A DNA stretch of 64,000 nt, taken from Ramazzottius varieornatus. Its lineage: Eukaryota; Animalia; Tardigrada. Positions 34,774 to 48,500 of this stretch are shown one piece after another. A program made the translations under genes and the position numbers. The DNA lies in contig BDGG01000003.1 in NCBI GenBank assembly GCA_001949185.1, positions 1,586,725-1,650,724 on the forward strand, in the 5' to 3' direction. Under the pieces are notes generated by a model, which was not told the origin of the DNA, did not search any database, and saw only the letters and a list, made by a program, of their open reading frames with translations. Positions within the stretch are counted from its first letter, which is position 1. The number at the start of each line of letters is the position of its first letter.

Positions 34774-35170
34774 CTGTAATACCTCCCAAAATTCATGTAC
34801 GTCACAGCCACTATTTTCTTTACGGAGATTGCGAATCAACAACTGGCATACCCAAATACGTCAGCATATTACGTCATTTCGCACTCTAAAATGATTTAAC
34901 TTTACCGTAGATTCTAATTCCTGGGACGATTCTTCATCTTTCTAATGTTTCAAAACACCAGACGGAAATATCAGAGATAGGAGAAAATGGGAAAACTGTT
35001 ATCGAACGCAAAATTCACTTTTTGGAGGAAGTGTTCGGCCGACCAGCTGATTTTCAACTGACGTAAGTGACGTCAATAACATTCACACCGGCAGTTTATC
35101 GCAAACGCAGCATATACGTCCTAATAGAAATGGTGCTTGTGACGTACGTGAATTTTGGGAGGTAATACAG
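34774..35170. mobile_element. MITE with ~43-bp TIRs and TA target duplication
   Basis: TA|CTGTAATACCTCCCAAAATTCATGTACGTCACA...TGTGACGTACGTGAATTTTGGGAGGTAATACAG|TA. Confidence 0.9.
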
Positions 35171-36213
35171 TACTAAAGTTTGTAATTATCTCAATTTGAA
35201 AGAAAAGCTCCCGTGCAAATCGTGCTGTGGGACTCACCATTTGTGTGTTCAGCACGGTATGCATCGATTCGATCGATGCAAAGGTCTACCACGCAGAATC
35301 ATCCAGTAGACGGCGCTTCGCTCCCCTGCGTATTACTGTACATGCCAAGTCCACTCAAGGCACGAAACTCAAGCAATAAACGAAATGATTTCTTCAGGGG
35401 AGCATCAGTTCGGTGTGGAAGTTGCCGGTGTTCTCTTCATGCAATAAAGTATGGTGTTTTCATATAATATTTATACAGTGATAATTCTCTCATCTTGAAT
35501 ACGTCAAAAGCCAAGTTAGCATAGTGTGCGGTGAACATTTGAGTTTACTTCTCGTGGTCCAGCAAACGTAGGAAAAGCCAAAGATGGCGCTCTACAGCAT
35601 GGCAGTCTCTCGCGTGACGACAGACGATGTTTGTGTTTGCCATACGCAAACCACCAACTATCTCCCTCGACCATGTAAAAATCGCTCTTGCGACTTATTC
35701 AAGAAGTGAGAATTATAACTGTACCAGATATAGATAAATATAAAATACTGAAGAGATGGCGGGACGAGAAAACCGAACTGCAAGGTAGAAAACACCGAGC
35801 TTATATGCAATGACCAATAGGCTTTACTTCATCATGATCTACACCGGAAAATTGCACTGGAAGGATCAGCACTCTGTACGAGCGTCACTTCGGATCGAAA
35901 ATTCCGTGGATTTTTAGTGCTGGATGTTTTTCTCGTGACCCATACAGTAATTGATACCGTTGTTGGAATGCGCTCAGTACTGATAGTGCTGCGAATTACG
36001 TCATCATGCCAGTAAACTACACCTGCACTGTATCCCTGATTGCTTGATTTTCGTCCATCATTAAACTTGACTGGGGAGCAGTCTTTGATCGAAGGTATAG
36101 ATACTTTCTGTTTCCCCGCCGGATAATATTTACCAGGACAGTCACGTGATTCGCAGAACCTTCGAGGGAATACAGTATGCTTTGACCTACGCGACGACGA
36201 CGTCGACAGCGTC

Positions 36214-37175
36214 TCACGCATAACTTTCGTTCTCGATACCAGCTATGTTTGGTCCTCGAAAGCGATCTGTCTGCATTCTCCTTTGGTACCGTCGTCGACA
36301 ACAGTAAACAGAAGCCGCAATTACAAGTGAGATGACAACAAACCCTCCAGCTGCGCACAGATATATCGTCCACGATGTTGTTTCATCCTGCAAGACGAGA
36401 TTACATAATGCTCTGTCCAGCCTGCGTTTCCAAACTCACAATGTTGGACGACTGACGTTACAACAGTGCGCCGCTGTTTCGAAGCATAGGCATGCGATAG
36501 AGCCCAGAACATTTCTTGTGAATGGCACAGTGCTACAAAAAGCTTCAACGTTACTAGGGCTTACCGTCAACTGAAACGACACAATATTAACATTGCATAA
36601 GCTATGCCCACAGGTCCAGCACTGATCATCGTTGCTTCCAGTCGGCACTAACAACTTCTCGCACGTCGAACCCAAACTCCGGCATTTGATTCGCTCGTCG
36701 CCGGCCATCGTGCCAGCGCAACCTCGCATGACTGCTTTCTCTGGAACAATAAATTCAAACAGTAAATCTCAGAAACAGTTATGCGTGCGCGCATGCGCAT
36801 GTGCGAAAATCTAGGAGGTGCACAAAAGGTGAGTCATGGGCGAAGAGTGGACGTAACCATGGACTAGCAATTCTTTTTAGTGCTTGCGATCGCATCAGAC
36901 GTGAGATCAGATGGTATTGACAAAAGTACGAATTTACAATCGTTGAACTCACTTGAACCATCATAGCGTACATAGCACTGTCCCATGGAGCAGTGAAAGA
37001 TGTCTTCGCGATTTAGTGGTGCTGAAGGTTGCGAGCATTGCCCAGATTCGCAGGTAAGACATTTGAAACCATGAGCAGACAGGGCGTCCGTTGCACTAGC
37101 AAGGACAGCCACCAAAACGAGGTGTATTATCAGAACACTACAACCATCCTGCTTACTGGTTTTGTAGCGCTCCAT
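36214..37175 (-). CDS. Ly6/uPAR (three-finger)-like single-pass membrane protein
   Basis: Signal-peptide-like N terminus, KCLTC...MRGC...CWTCGHSLCN. The last exon encodes a TM (IYLCAAGGFVVISLVIAASVYCC), RRR and a short tail ending ENESYA*. GT-AG junctions are in phase. Confidence 0.75.
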
Positions 37176-37872
37176 TTCGTCCAGAAACTACTGTACTCTT
37201 GGTTCAAATCGGGCCCGGTAAAACGCACCACTAAACGTGCTGTAAATAATGTTGCATGGATCTCTGCTGTTAGCAACATGAAGGACTAGTTCAAGGCATC
37301 ATGCGCGCTATACTGGTCATGAATATACATACGCGGCTGTTTTGCACGCACTAGCATTGTGACGGCATAATTTGCACTGCCCTCCTCTCTACAGAGGCCG
37401 CTGTTTGAATGATAAAGGAATTTGGCGCACGGAAGTTCGATATGCATGATGGTACAATCCGCTCGCTCAAAATCGGTACACGCACGACAGGAAAAATTAT
37501 GGGGCCAGTAAAAATTATGGAGCCAGGCCTTTTCGCTACGGCGGTACGGAAGCACGTACTTATGTCACCGATTCATAGTAATACCCTTTTGGACACTTTT
37601 CTACGTTTGAATTTCATTTTGCCGTCTTTTCCGCATGGTCCCATAATTTCCCGTCGTGCGTGTACCAAATTTTCGGATTTCTAAATCGCAAAAATCATTC
37701 AGATTTGACTAAACCCCTCTTGATGCGCCCACAGCCTGATTTCTACGACTTGATCACATGATTACATCAATCAAAGCACTTCGTAATGCATGTGTTATGT
37801 AATGTTGTCTCTTAGCTTGACATGCTGTATGGTGAATGTATAGCGGGTCCCAGACTGAAATCCAAAAGTTTG

Positions 37873-37983
37873 GTATGAGGAGCTGGACCCAACTTTGTCC
37901 ACTGGTTAAAACTCTAACTACGTCAGAAGCGTAAAAAGTTGTATCCGGTGGACATTGGACAAAGTTAGTCCAGCTCCTCGTCC
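37873..37983. repeat. Short inverted-repeat element (related half copy at ~27315-27355)
   Basis: GAGGAGCTGGACCCAACTTTGTCCA / TGGACAAAGTTAGTCCAGCTCCTC; similar GTACGAGGATCTGGTCCTAACTTTGCCCGCGGTTAAAACT at 27315. Confidence 0.65.
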
Positions 37984-38254
37984 CGATGTGGAGCGACCGG
38001 ACTGTATCTGTGGCTCCTTATCACAGGTCTGTCGAACAGTCAATGTGCGTCGCAAATGGGGAAGCTTTCTAATATCGCAATCTCTGTTATTTAAAACGAT
38101 GGGCGAGTTGACCGGGGTTGCAAAAACTTTTTATTCACAATCCTAAGCAAACTCCATATGCCTGTCACAATGGCAACATTGAGAAAAACATCCGACCACG
38201 AGAAAGACCTTGCCAGTTTTCAGAAGTCTTCCGCAAAAAAACATTAGCAACAAT

Positions 38255-38484
38255 GGGGGAAGGAGGAAGGGGGAAGGGGGAAGGGGGAAGGGGGAAGNNN
38301 NNNNNNNNNNNNNNNNNNNNNNNNNNNNNNNNNNNNNNNNNNNNNNNNNNNNNNNNNNNNNNNNNNNNNNNNNNNNNNNNNNNNNNNNNNNNNNNNNNNN
38401 NNNNNNNNNNNNNNNNNNNNNNNNNNNNNNNNNNNNGGGGTAAGGGGGAAGGGGGAAGGGGGTGGGGTTTTGGGGTTTGGGGGT
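38255..38484 (+). repeat. (GGGGGAA)n polypurine tandem repeat spanning an assembly gap
   Basis: Heptamer units on both sides of the N run 38298-38436. Confidence 0.9.
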
Positions 38485-38657
38485 TTTTTTTCTGATCACT
38501 TGCATAAGTACAGTAGTACATGCTTTGTCAGAGTTGAATACTTTCAATTCAAAATCGGCGTGAGATTTAGAACTAATTCGCTCCCAGTCAAGTACTGGTC
38601 GCCTATTGTGCCCATTGATGGCCTGAACCACTGCTCGCCGTCCAGTACGAGACTACG

Positions 38658-38813
38658 AGGGAGAGGTGATTGAGTTAGTCGGCTGCAGAAACGGTTGTTG
38701 AGTTGACCACCAGTTAGGACTAGGCCTTCAAATAGCCTACTCGCTGCAGTCTATAGTCTATAGCTAAGTCAACAACCTCGGCCTGTGCCGGCTAACTCAA
38801 CAACCGCTCGCTC
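38658..38813. repeat. Small palindromic MITE-like element built of GGTTGTTGAGTTAG units
   Basis: The left arm GGTGATTGAGTTAGTCGG...GGTTGTTGAGTT pairs with AAGTCAACAACC...CCGGCTAACTCAACAACC. Confidence 0.65.
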
Positions 38814-40043
38814 TTGGATTCTTTAAACTAATTTCTTGGAATATCAAAAGAATAGTTCCCTCTAACTGTACATTACACGCTTTTTCGAATGTTTGGGGAC
38901 GAAAATGCTACTGAAGCGAGATACCGCACATCACGTGACCAAAAAATCCAAATTCACCAAATCATCGAAGTACATGGCCCCTGGGGTAAATTTTTACACC
39001 CAGTCCAATGCGCATACTCCCAAGCCAGTCCAACCATCCGGTCCGGTGGCAACAATATGATTAACACATGTCTGCTCGCGGAGGACCTCTAAAAACGTAC
39101 CGTTTTTACCCCAAACTCGGTTGCGATCCTTTCGAGACAATCCGATCAATCGTCTCGTGACAAAAGTCTGACTACAGCCGCGAAACTAACGAGAAAAATT
39201 TTGCCTGTATCGTGTCGAGCAATCGCACAGTCGCGCTTTCAACCAAGGTCTGTCACCCAGAAGTTAACAAAGCTACGGGTAGGTTTCAAGAAAGGTCACA
39301 CCACCAACTGCTGCTATTCGACCACAGCAATCACCAGAAAAGGAACTATAGCCCGGCTGCCGCACAGTATGTATGAGTATTCCTGTTTTCACAAGAGCCC
39401 ATGCTCTGGAGCAGAGGGTGCAGCCGCCTGTTGTTAGACCGGAAGCCTTGTGGGGATGATCTGGGCGACGCTGTGCTTTGAGCGGATCCAGGGCAGGGAG
39501 GCGGCTTCGCCGCTCCTCTGGAACTGCTAGATTGCATTTTGGAATCGCCTGTTGAAAGGAACTTGGAAGTGACAGTTCTCTATTACTTGAGATACAGGAG
39601 GCGTCGAAGGCGTCGCTTGTATCAGCTTTTACTCATGTTCTTGGACTTGCTGAGTCATCCGTTTCTTGGGGAGAACTGGATTTTCATATCTATGTTACGC
39701 TCGTCGTACCTCGGCTCTTCTGCAGCGTTAGAGGTCAGATACCCCAGTGTGCTGTGGTAACTCTTCAGTTTCGCTCCTTGAGCAAGGAAACGAACTTTTC
39801 TGATTAATCCATTTTCTCAAAAGGTTATACAGTACTCACACTCAACTACCCGAATGCCTCAACGGTACTAGACGGTATAAATGGTACCTCGTACCTAAAA
39901 AACTAGAAACGAGAGAAAATACAGAAAATCTAAACTAAAACTTGCCGAACATCGACAAGAATCGAATGTTAATATGTAAATGTTAAGGGTCATCCAATAG
40001 AAGAAGAAGTGAGTTACTGTGTATAACTCGATCGTGCATACGT

Positions 40044-41901
40044 TTACAGAAATGCCGTGCTGCGGCGGTGATTCTGTGGCAGTGTTTGAATAAGTCCGGC
40101 AAAGTAGGTCCAGCATTGAAGGTAGCTGCAGATCGCCGTAGAGGTGGCGGACAAAATAACTTCCGAAGTAACGGTGAAAGTCGCCGCTTTGGTAGTGACA
40201 GGAGTATTTCCCTCGGTAGTTGAGGTGGATGTTGATGGGGTGTGTGTTGTCTTTCGTTTGCGGGTAGATGACTGGGTTTTCTCTACGTTGCACGAATCTG
40301 GACCAAGGTAGCAGGCCATCGTCTCGTTTCCGGTTGAGTTGAATTCAGGGAAGCGGTAAGCGGGGATATTCAGGAGCGGTAATTCATTGCACAAATTCAA
40401 CTGGCAGATATGCATAAGTCCAGGATAAGTGACATAGCTGTAGCATTCTGGATCTTTAGCTCTGTCACAATTCTTGGGGTAGACCTTGCCAACGTTTTCA
40501 TCGGGAAGAATCTGACCTGTTGCAACAGTAACTGTCGCTATGACACTTAAATGACTGGATAAGCGATCGTTTAAGTTTACGCTCAATCAGAGAAGTTGCG
40601 TTATGCGCAGATAGTTTGAACAAAAGAGAACTAATTAATTTTGAAAATCAAGGTTCATAAAAGCATTCGCTGGAAGTTTTGAGAAGGTGCACAGCGCGAG
40701 AGAGTTTGAGGAAAAAGATTAGACAAACGATCGCTGCAGGCCATAGTGTTTTAATTGGCAGTAATTAGCCCACCAAGTTAGAGAAAGCCGGCTCAAATGC
40801 AAATCTGATTGACTGACTGTCCGGAGTGGAGGCCCTGCGTTGCCCGGGCACCGATTACGCTTCCCGGTGCTTCGGTCCAGCCAGGGCATTACTGACAGTG
40901 ACGGAAATTCGTTCATGTTTGAAATTTACGGCTGCTTTTCTTCGTGATTCACGAACGCAGCCCCCTCCCCTCTTCGTGTCGTGAATCACAAGCCGAATTA
41001 TAAATCTCGAATCCTTAAACTTTTTTGAACGCAGTCGTTTTGTCTAAACTGTCGTTCGTTCAAACCATCTGCGCAAAGTGCAACTTCTCTAATAGCGCGA
41101 CTGAATACAGCCAGTCCAAAAATGTCAGCCGAAATGTAACTGGCTGTTCTTGGCATCCGAAGTTCAGTAGATGATTCACTTGCCTGTTATCGCCTTCCAA
41201 CTGAAAAATGTGACCGGGTACAATTTGGCTACGACTGGCTATTATCGAATGACTAACTCACTTGTATTTATATGGCTCGGTGCTAGTCGAGCTAGTCTCC
41301 GGGTCGTTGACTTCGTAAATAGGCCTGTTTGAGCATCCGCGCTCAAAGATCTCTAAAAGTGCTCGATTGGAACTTCGTAACACAAGGACGAATAAGGTAT
41401 GAATATCGGTAGTGAATGGAACTGTAATGTGGAATCTGTAGTGTTTTATGAACAGCGCATCATCCCCAAGGGAATTGCGAGAACATTGTTTTCGGACTGA
41501 GGCTCAGCTAAGTCAGCTTGATTCAAGCGTCAGTCTTGTTAGATTACGCTTGACTCACATTCCGCTTCGAAAATAGATATGACTACATTGGGGAGAAATG
41601 ACTCACCACGTTTTGTGCTGTCCATTGGGGTGAACGTTTCACAGAAAGCAACCTCCTGACTATTTTGCCGGTGATCACCTTTACACGTGTACACGAACTT
41701 TTTTAAAACGCTGGGGTCGTCCGACAGGCATTGAGGGCCATCATCCCTATACGTGCAGTGATAACATGTATGATTCCATCCCGGTGGGTAAGAGTCTCTT
41801 ACATCAACGACACCTTCATCAGGGTCACCCGTCAGAAAGTGGCCGATATCGCAAAAGAATATCAGCACGGTGATCACAAGAACGGTCTTTTTCTGGTGCA
41901 T
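40044..41901 (-). CDS. Ly6/three-finger (quiver/sleepless-like) secreted or GPI-anchored protein with Ser/Thr-rich stalk, 4 exons
   Basis: Signal peptide; 10-Cys pattern CYHC...FC...ERGCS...ICQLNLCN across exons ~41901-41607, 41352-41262, 41200-41184 (17-nt microexon) and 40517-40044. Confidence 0.8.
40572..41105. mobile_element. Degenerate MITE inside the Ly6 gene intron
   Basis: AGAGAAGTTGCGTTATGCGCAGATAGTTTGAAC pairs with GTTCAAACCATCTGCGCAAAGTGCAACTTCTCT. Confidence 0.65.
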
Positions 41902-42542
41902 TCTTTGCTCTATCGAAACCGGCTCGGCCCAATGGAAAGGTCTTTACAGTAGACCGGTGAGCTAGAAACGCATAGGGTCGACCCTCAAATGTGTCGGAAA
42001 TAATACAAACGCATGTGTGAAAGAAATACTACAGGCTTCGGTTGCAAACAAAGAAATTGGTCGTGCGGTTCCTCAACAAAAAAGGTTTTGGTGTACGCAT
42101 TTCCCGCTCACTGGAATGCAGGGTCACCGTAGTAACCCGCCCTGTAGACTGTTGTTATTGGAACTTTCAAGGCCGCTGTTAAGATCTCGTTCTCAAACAT
42201 CGTAGAACTCCTTAATATTTGTTGCGAGCGAAGTCGGCACTTCGCTTCGTATCTGTTTTCCATCCATGTAAAGTGCGCCGACGGGGCACTATTACCTTGA
42301 TTTTGCCATTAATCGAGACACTGTCAATGCATTCACCGGAAGCAACTACACCTGGATTATCTCTGGCCGTGTTCCCGCCTAGCCAAGGGCTGACAGTTGG
42401 CTGAAACGTCTTCAACCTAATAAACGAACTCTGATGAGTACGAATGCACAGTTTAATCCTGATATCTTTTTTAACTCTCCTCTCCACCAGAGGGAAACTC
42501 TAACATCATGGAACAAGTGCGTCGTCTAAAACCATTGCGGTT

Positions 42543-45500
42543 TCACATTTTCTGATTGTCCTTCAGTTTCACCATTTCAGCCTGAATGGCACTGAGCTGA
42601 CTTATTGCATTCGTTATCACAGAAGTTAGTTCCGCCGTCGCTCTTTGCAAAGACTCGGGTGTCCATACGGCGGTACCTCCAGTGGCAGCACTATCGTCAG
42701 TCCCACCATCGATCGCATGTGGCTGTCTTGTAATCTTCGCCAAAGGGGACCTCGTAGAAGCCTTCAACAGACCTTTCAGCCCAGGTGCAGGCTCTGTCTT
42801 CTCCATCGAAGGAGCAGTCGCGAAAAACGATGAACCACCAGGGCTCCCAACGGTCGGGGACCTTGCTGGACTCGTTCCCGTACTGGCTGCTTTCTCTCTT
42901 TCCGCCTCTCTTGCGGCCTTCCCAGCTGCAATGATCTTCTTCCAGGCTGTATCGCCTTGATTTCCCGAAGCTTCTTTGGCGGCTGCTGTAAGTCGCTTCC
43001 AACCGATCAAGGCGTGTTGTTCGGACTGTTCGGTCACACGGGTGACTTTGACGGGACTGGCGTCGTTACCGGAGACCACGTCAATCATACTGTTTTTTCG
43101 AGAGCCGGGTGGTGGTTGACGAGCGGCCTGCATTTCTTCTTTCGTCATGAGCTCAATGTTGACGGTGCCAGGGACGGCGAGCGACGCGGTGGAAGAACTG
43201 GACGGGTGTTCGGAGCCTTTACGTAGCTTGGAAAAGAGCTTCCGGACGTTGTTACGGGCTGCGTCACGTTGGGCGGAAGTGTCCGTTTTGTCGCGCTCCG
43301 CTAGCTGTTTCTCCCGTAGGATATCCGAAAGCTTTCGAAAGACCAACTGCAATACAGAAATCAATGTCGTATCAAATAAGGCCATGAATTGGCACGAAAT
43401 GAGCTTTTAATCCAGGTAGAATCTGTCATCGAGAAATCAGCTTTTTTTGTCTGGCGAACCAGAAATCTGGCTGGGCTGGGCTGGGCTGGACGTTTAGGGC
43501 TTCAGATTCGGGCTTCTGTAGTTTCGTGGTGCTTACCCTATTTTTCAGATTGTACGTCAGAACCATATTTCTCTGGAAGGAATTCTTGAAGGAATGGTAG
43601 AAACGGAGGACATCGAGAAGACTCTCCCGTTTAATAGAGTGGAAATCACAGTAAGTCAGAGCTCGGACATTGGCGCAGCTTTGTCCCACAGTGTAGTCAT
43701 CCGCCCAAAACTGATCACCCAGCACATCTCCGCGGCCTACGAAGATACGATGAAGAAACGTAATGGTCTGTCACACCTAGCTAGGGTTGTTGACTTTGTA
43801 GGGCCTAGAAAGGTATCGAATTTGTAGGGCCTGGTCGAGCTCCTGAATAACGCTAATTCAGCGTATATTGTTCACACCGGAAATGAGAGTGGCACACTGG
43901 AGAGGGTGTGGGTGTTTACCTAGCAGAGCCACCACCTCGTCATCTTGAGTAATCTCCAGCGAGCCCGAAATGACGAAGCACAGTGTATCCACGCTCTCGC
44001 CGGTATGGAACAAAAGGTCTCCGGGTGCCGAGTGATTGGTAACAAAATGCATGGCTAGGGCTCGCAAACAGCCATCCGATGCCAGGCGAAAGGCCGGATG
44101 CTCGTTAAAGACGTCGCGGTTAAGGTGCACACAAATATCCGCCTTCATATCCTTCGGACAATAATTCAATACCTGTGAAGGGTCAAAAAGCGCAAGTGTA
44201 CCTTTGAGTATTGTACTTCAAGTGTGTGCTGGAAAAAGTAAGTAGGAGCGCTTCGTACTTTGGCTGTGTCAATGCCTTTTGTAATGGACCAGGTCGATAC
44301 CACATAATCGAGTACTCGTTCACTTAACGCGCGGGGTACTTCGTGGAGTCGCATAAAGTCCCGCACGCTGTTGAGCATTTCGTGATAGCGGGCCATTGTG
44401 GCTGTCATATTGGCGATGATGGTCGTCACGTGGCCGAAAATGGTAGCGTAGATCAACGCTATGGGAAAAAAGACGAAGGTTGCATTTTTAGTCTTACATC
44501 AGTCTATTTTTTCTCTCGCCAGATCACATTATCACACGAAAAGGGCATCTCTTTTACGCCATTTTTTGCGTTTATTCATGAAAATTGAACGACAGTCGTC
44601 CATCGAAGCGAACCGGAGTCAAGCTAATCTGACTATTGTCTGAGTGGTTTTTTGGGATGTCTATAACAAAACCTAGTCTGTCGGAAATAGCTAAAGTTCG
44701 CACTTACCGCCAATGACCATTACGACGATGGAGAAGATTTTCTCGTTGGGCGTATTTGCCGCAATGTTCCCGAAACCGACACTGGTGATGCTGGAAGTTG
44801 TGAAATACAGGGCGCTGACGTAGCATGCTGAGTGTGAAGGACCACCCATCAGGCCAAATTCAGTTGTGCGGGAGGAGTTTCCTGTGGTGTCGTTTGAATA
44901 CCAGGTCACGCCGGAGCTGGCTAATTTGATGCTGGCTCCTGAAAGACTGCTCCCGATCGGCTGCGTCCAGTTCTCTGGAGGTGCGACGAAGCGGAAGGGA
45001 GCGTGCAACTCGCGGCCCAGACGAAAGAGCCAGCCGAATTCAATGCCTGTTTCCGCTTCCGTTTTCCCAATGGAATACCATATACAGGCTAGCCAGTGAG
45101 CAATCAACATGTACGAAGACATCTGAAGAGAATTCTGATTGATGAAATCTTCCAAATGCGGGAGGAATGCAAAAGAAACGGACACGATTATTGTTCCAAG
45201 TGGCGCAGGTCACCAGCTAAATTTCAGCGAAAACTTGCGCGAAGACAGCGAAGACTTTGGTAACAATTTTGTACGTATCGTTTGCGACCTCCCTTGTATA
45301 GACTGAAATCACCTACCAGTAAAAGGAGGACAGCAGCTCCATATTCCATGAAATGGTCGAGCTTTCTGGCAACCCGGCCAAGACGGAGCAAACGGAGGAC
45401 TTTGAAGGCAGAAAAGACACTTCCCATACTCTAAAGCGGCAGAGACAAAGCGATCAGTTTCATCGATATGAAACGTTTGACAGATTGGTTGCTTCGGGGA

Positions 45501-48500
45501 ATACTGACTTCGGCTTTGGGATCAAAGGCGTTGAAGATGTCATAAGGCAAACAAGCTAGAAGATCAATGAGGAACCAGGACTTGAGGTAGGTCCGGCGGA
45601 TGATCTTGGGGTCCGAGACTATACCGCCCGTTGGTCCCACAAATGTCGTATGGAAGTTGAGGATAATATCAATGAAGAAGACAATGTCCACTATGGAGTC
45701 CGTGGCCAAGGTCGGAATACTGTCGCTCGTCTTGAACTCGAAGGCGACGTTGTAAGGCACCATGATTGAAGTATAAAATGTCAGGAACAGGATCATCCAG
45801 TCCCACGTCGTCTTGAAACTGGTGTAGTGCAGGATTATGTGCGGAGGGGTTTTTGGCGCTTCTTGGCGGTACTGCGGCAGCGCAACAATGTTCACCGAGG
45901 TCGCCTGTAAAAGATGGCGGACATCATCACAGGGTTCTTATCGGGAATAATTTATAACGAGAAGGTTTTACGCTGGAGGATGAAGTGGTTGGACGGCCGT
46001 TTTCTAATGTGGCGCTGGTTGAGTTGGAGAAACCTCCGAAAGCTGAGCGGGTTTTGGTCACGGACCTTGCAATCTTCGCGAACTTGCTAAGGCCACCTGC
46101 AACGCAGAAGCTGTACCATGCGGCTCCACAATTCCTCTTGGCTTGATCGCCTACCTTTACTATCTTCTTCTTCGATTGGTTGTTTGAGTGCGGTGATGTC
46201 TTTGAAGATGAGCAGATACAGTGCAACGATATCTTTTTCATTCTTGATGGGAGCTACTTGCATTACAATCCACATTGGGCTCTCTGCAGGCCAATCGGAA
46301 ACACTTTACTGTGAAGTCCATTATTCCTTACTGCAGCTTGAAGTGTCTACCATGACAGAAAAGTGTGCTCTTACTGTTCTTTTTGTACAGTAGAATTTCC
46401 AACTGCACAGGATGCTGCTTTTCCAAGGAGAATTTCACCCTCTCTATGCTGCAAAAAAACGGAAACGGTAATCGTCATCCATTGCACGCACATATTTATA
46501 TGTCACAATATGGTGCATTTCTTGGTTTATTTTTTGGAAAATATTTCGTTTACGAGCACAAGATGAAACTTCGATGCCTGTGTTTTGAACATCTTGTGGA
46601 AAGTTAGAAGAAGGGCGGGGTCGGCTTCGCATGGAAAGGAAAGTGTAAGCTCCGGGCATAATGGATCGAAAAATATATTGAACCTGAGTTTTTTTCAGGA
46701 GCAATTGCGCGAGTAAAAAAGTTTTAGAATGATTTGCGCAAATCACCTTGTCACATCCGTCAGTTCACCGTGCATGAAGCTGCACATACAGCTTTTCTGC
46801 ATCACGTCTGCACGATTAAAGCCTGTCAGCTTGCAGAACGTCTCACTGCAGTAGATGATGGGCGACTCGTAAATTTGCGCATTGGCTAGGATGAAACAGG
46901 CATCTGCAAGTCAGGAAAAACAGCGACATTAAAAGCCATGTTCCATCTCACTGAACCATGAATACTTGATAATGTTCACTATAATACGTATTTTGATCGT
47001 ATTTTTGTTAATTCAATGTATGGCCAGACGAGCACATCAGTATATAATCGTCAGGCTATTATTCCCGAGTAATCGCTATCGGAAGAGGAAGTATTTAGCT
47101 TTCGGCTATTCTCAGACCTTTCAATCCTGCATCAAAGCCTCGTTTGTTTTCATTGTGCACAAGTGCAGCAGATGGTGGGCTAGATTATGCGTCGCACATA
47201 ATGGTCCCCTGGCGATAATGTCAGTGGCGTATGATTGTGTCTACGGGATCCCAGAAGCTTCGCTTCCGAGCTCATTCCAACGCACCAAGATGCACGAGGT
47301 CACTTACGCTGTGGGACCCTTCCTGAACTTTTTCCGACCAAGCTTCTGTTTGTTGACAGAGCACTGCGGCATACATCAGGTTTATAGTCAAGCACCCTGT
47401 AAAGTACTGAGAGGAGAGCTCTTGCATCTATTTCAGCCGGCTCTTAACCGTTATGGAGATTCATATTGAGACCATGGATTAAAAGAAAACACTTGCGGCG
47501 AGTGTAACAATCATGCGCGGGTTTGTCCAGAAATCATATCGATTTCCGTTCAATTTGCCACCCAGTGCATGCTTAGCTGCTGCTGCTGTTGCCGCTGCCT
47601 TCTGCCCTTTTCTCTCTCCAACAATGATCCCCAACACATATCCCGCGTGTACGCTTAACGAATTGCAAGATCTCAGAGCGCACCCAACCACACTTTACAT
47701 GCGTGTTTGTCGTGCATTCAGCCGCAGCCGGCCCCAGATAAAAGAAGACCTATGCCAAAGTCTAAACTGTGTGTATGAGCTCACTGCTGATTCCTCTCGA
47801 CCAAATTTATCCCACCCCGGGCTTTCCTAAACAAGCGTCATGATCTTGTCTGCATGGCGGATTAGGACTCCATTCACTCGAACAAACCCTTCCTGATAGA
47901 CGGTACCTTCTTGATAGCATCAGGACATGATGAATACATTCATTTGGCTTTTTCCTGTTTTTCCTTCAGGTCTCGTGGAGGGAGGAACCTCTCCACATGT
48001 GATTTCTGTTTTTCCGTAGACAAGAAATCAAGATGATGGGGCGTTAGCTCAATGTTGATAATATGCTACGAAATCCTACACGCCACCTCCTACACAACTT
48101 CCCCATGCAATCTTTGTGTGCCTGCACAATCGTTGCCACACTTGAAACCACACATCTTGCCATCCTCTCTCGTATTCTATATCAGACAAAACCCAAACAT
48201 TCGGAAAAAAGTCATGCATTACTCCCTATATCGCACTCTATATGAAGGGGGGCAACTAAACCAGATCGCTGTTTCAATGTGGCGCAGATTCCCATTCTTT
48301 TTGACTGAAAGTGTGCGCCACCTGGAAGAACGATCTGGTCTAGTTCCTTTTGCCCACGTCTCATATCGTACTTCGGGCAGTTTGCCAATATTTTGCAAAA
48401 GCTAGCAGTCTGAGGAAGGAAGCGAGCTCTTTTCATCCATCATTAAACCGATATTCAATGAGGGGGATGATTATTGGATGACGGGCTTATCTTGATTGAA

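Noticed and set aside
39346-39890. Exon-like minus-strand segments with splice-like boundaries
   Set aside because: The most protein-like frame has several stops and no homology I can recognise.
46700-46745. TTGCGC...GCGCAA dyad resembling the dispersed palindrome (also weak hits at ~26990, ~43884, ~46470)
   Set aside because: Spacing or half-site sequence does not fit the 26-28 nt pattern well enough.
48038-48100. tRNA-like start GGGGCGTTAGCTCAATG in eag intron 1
   Set aside because: No T-arm/B-box or matching acceptor stem.
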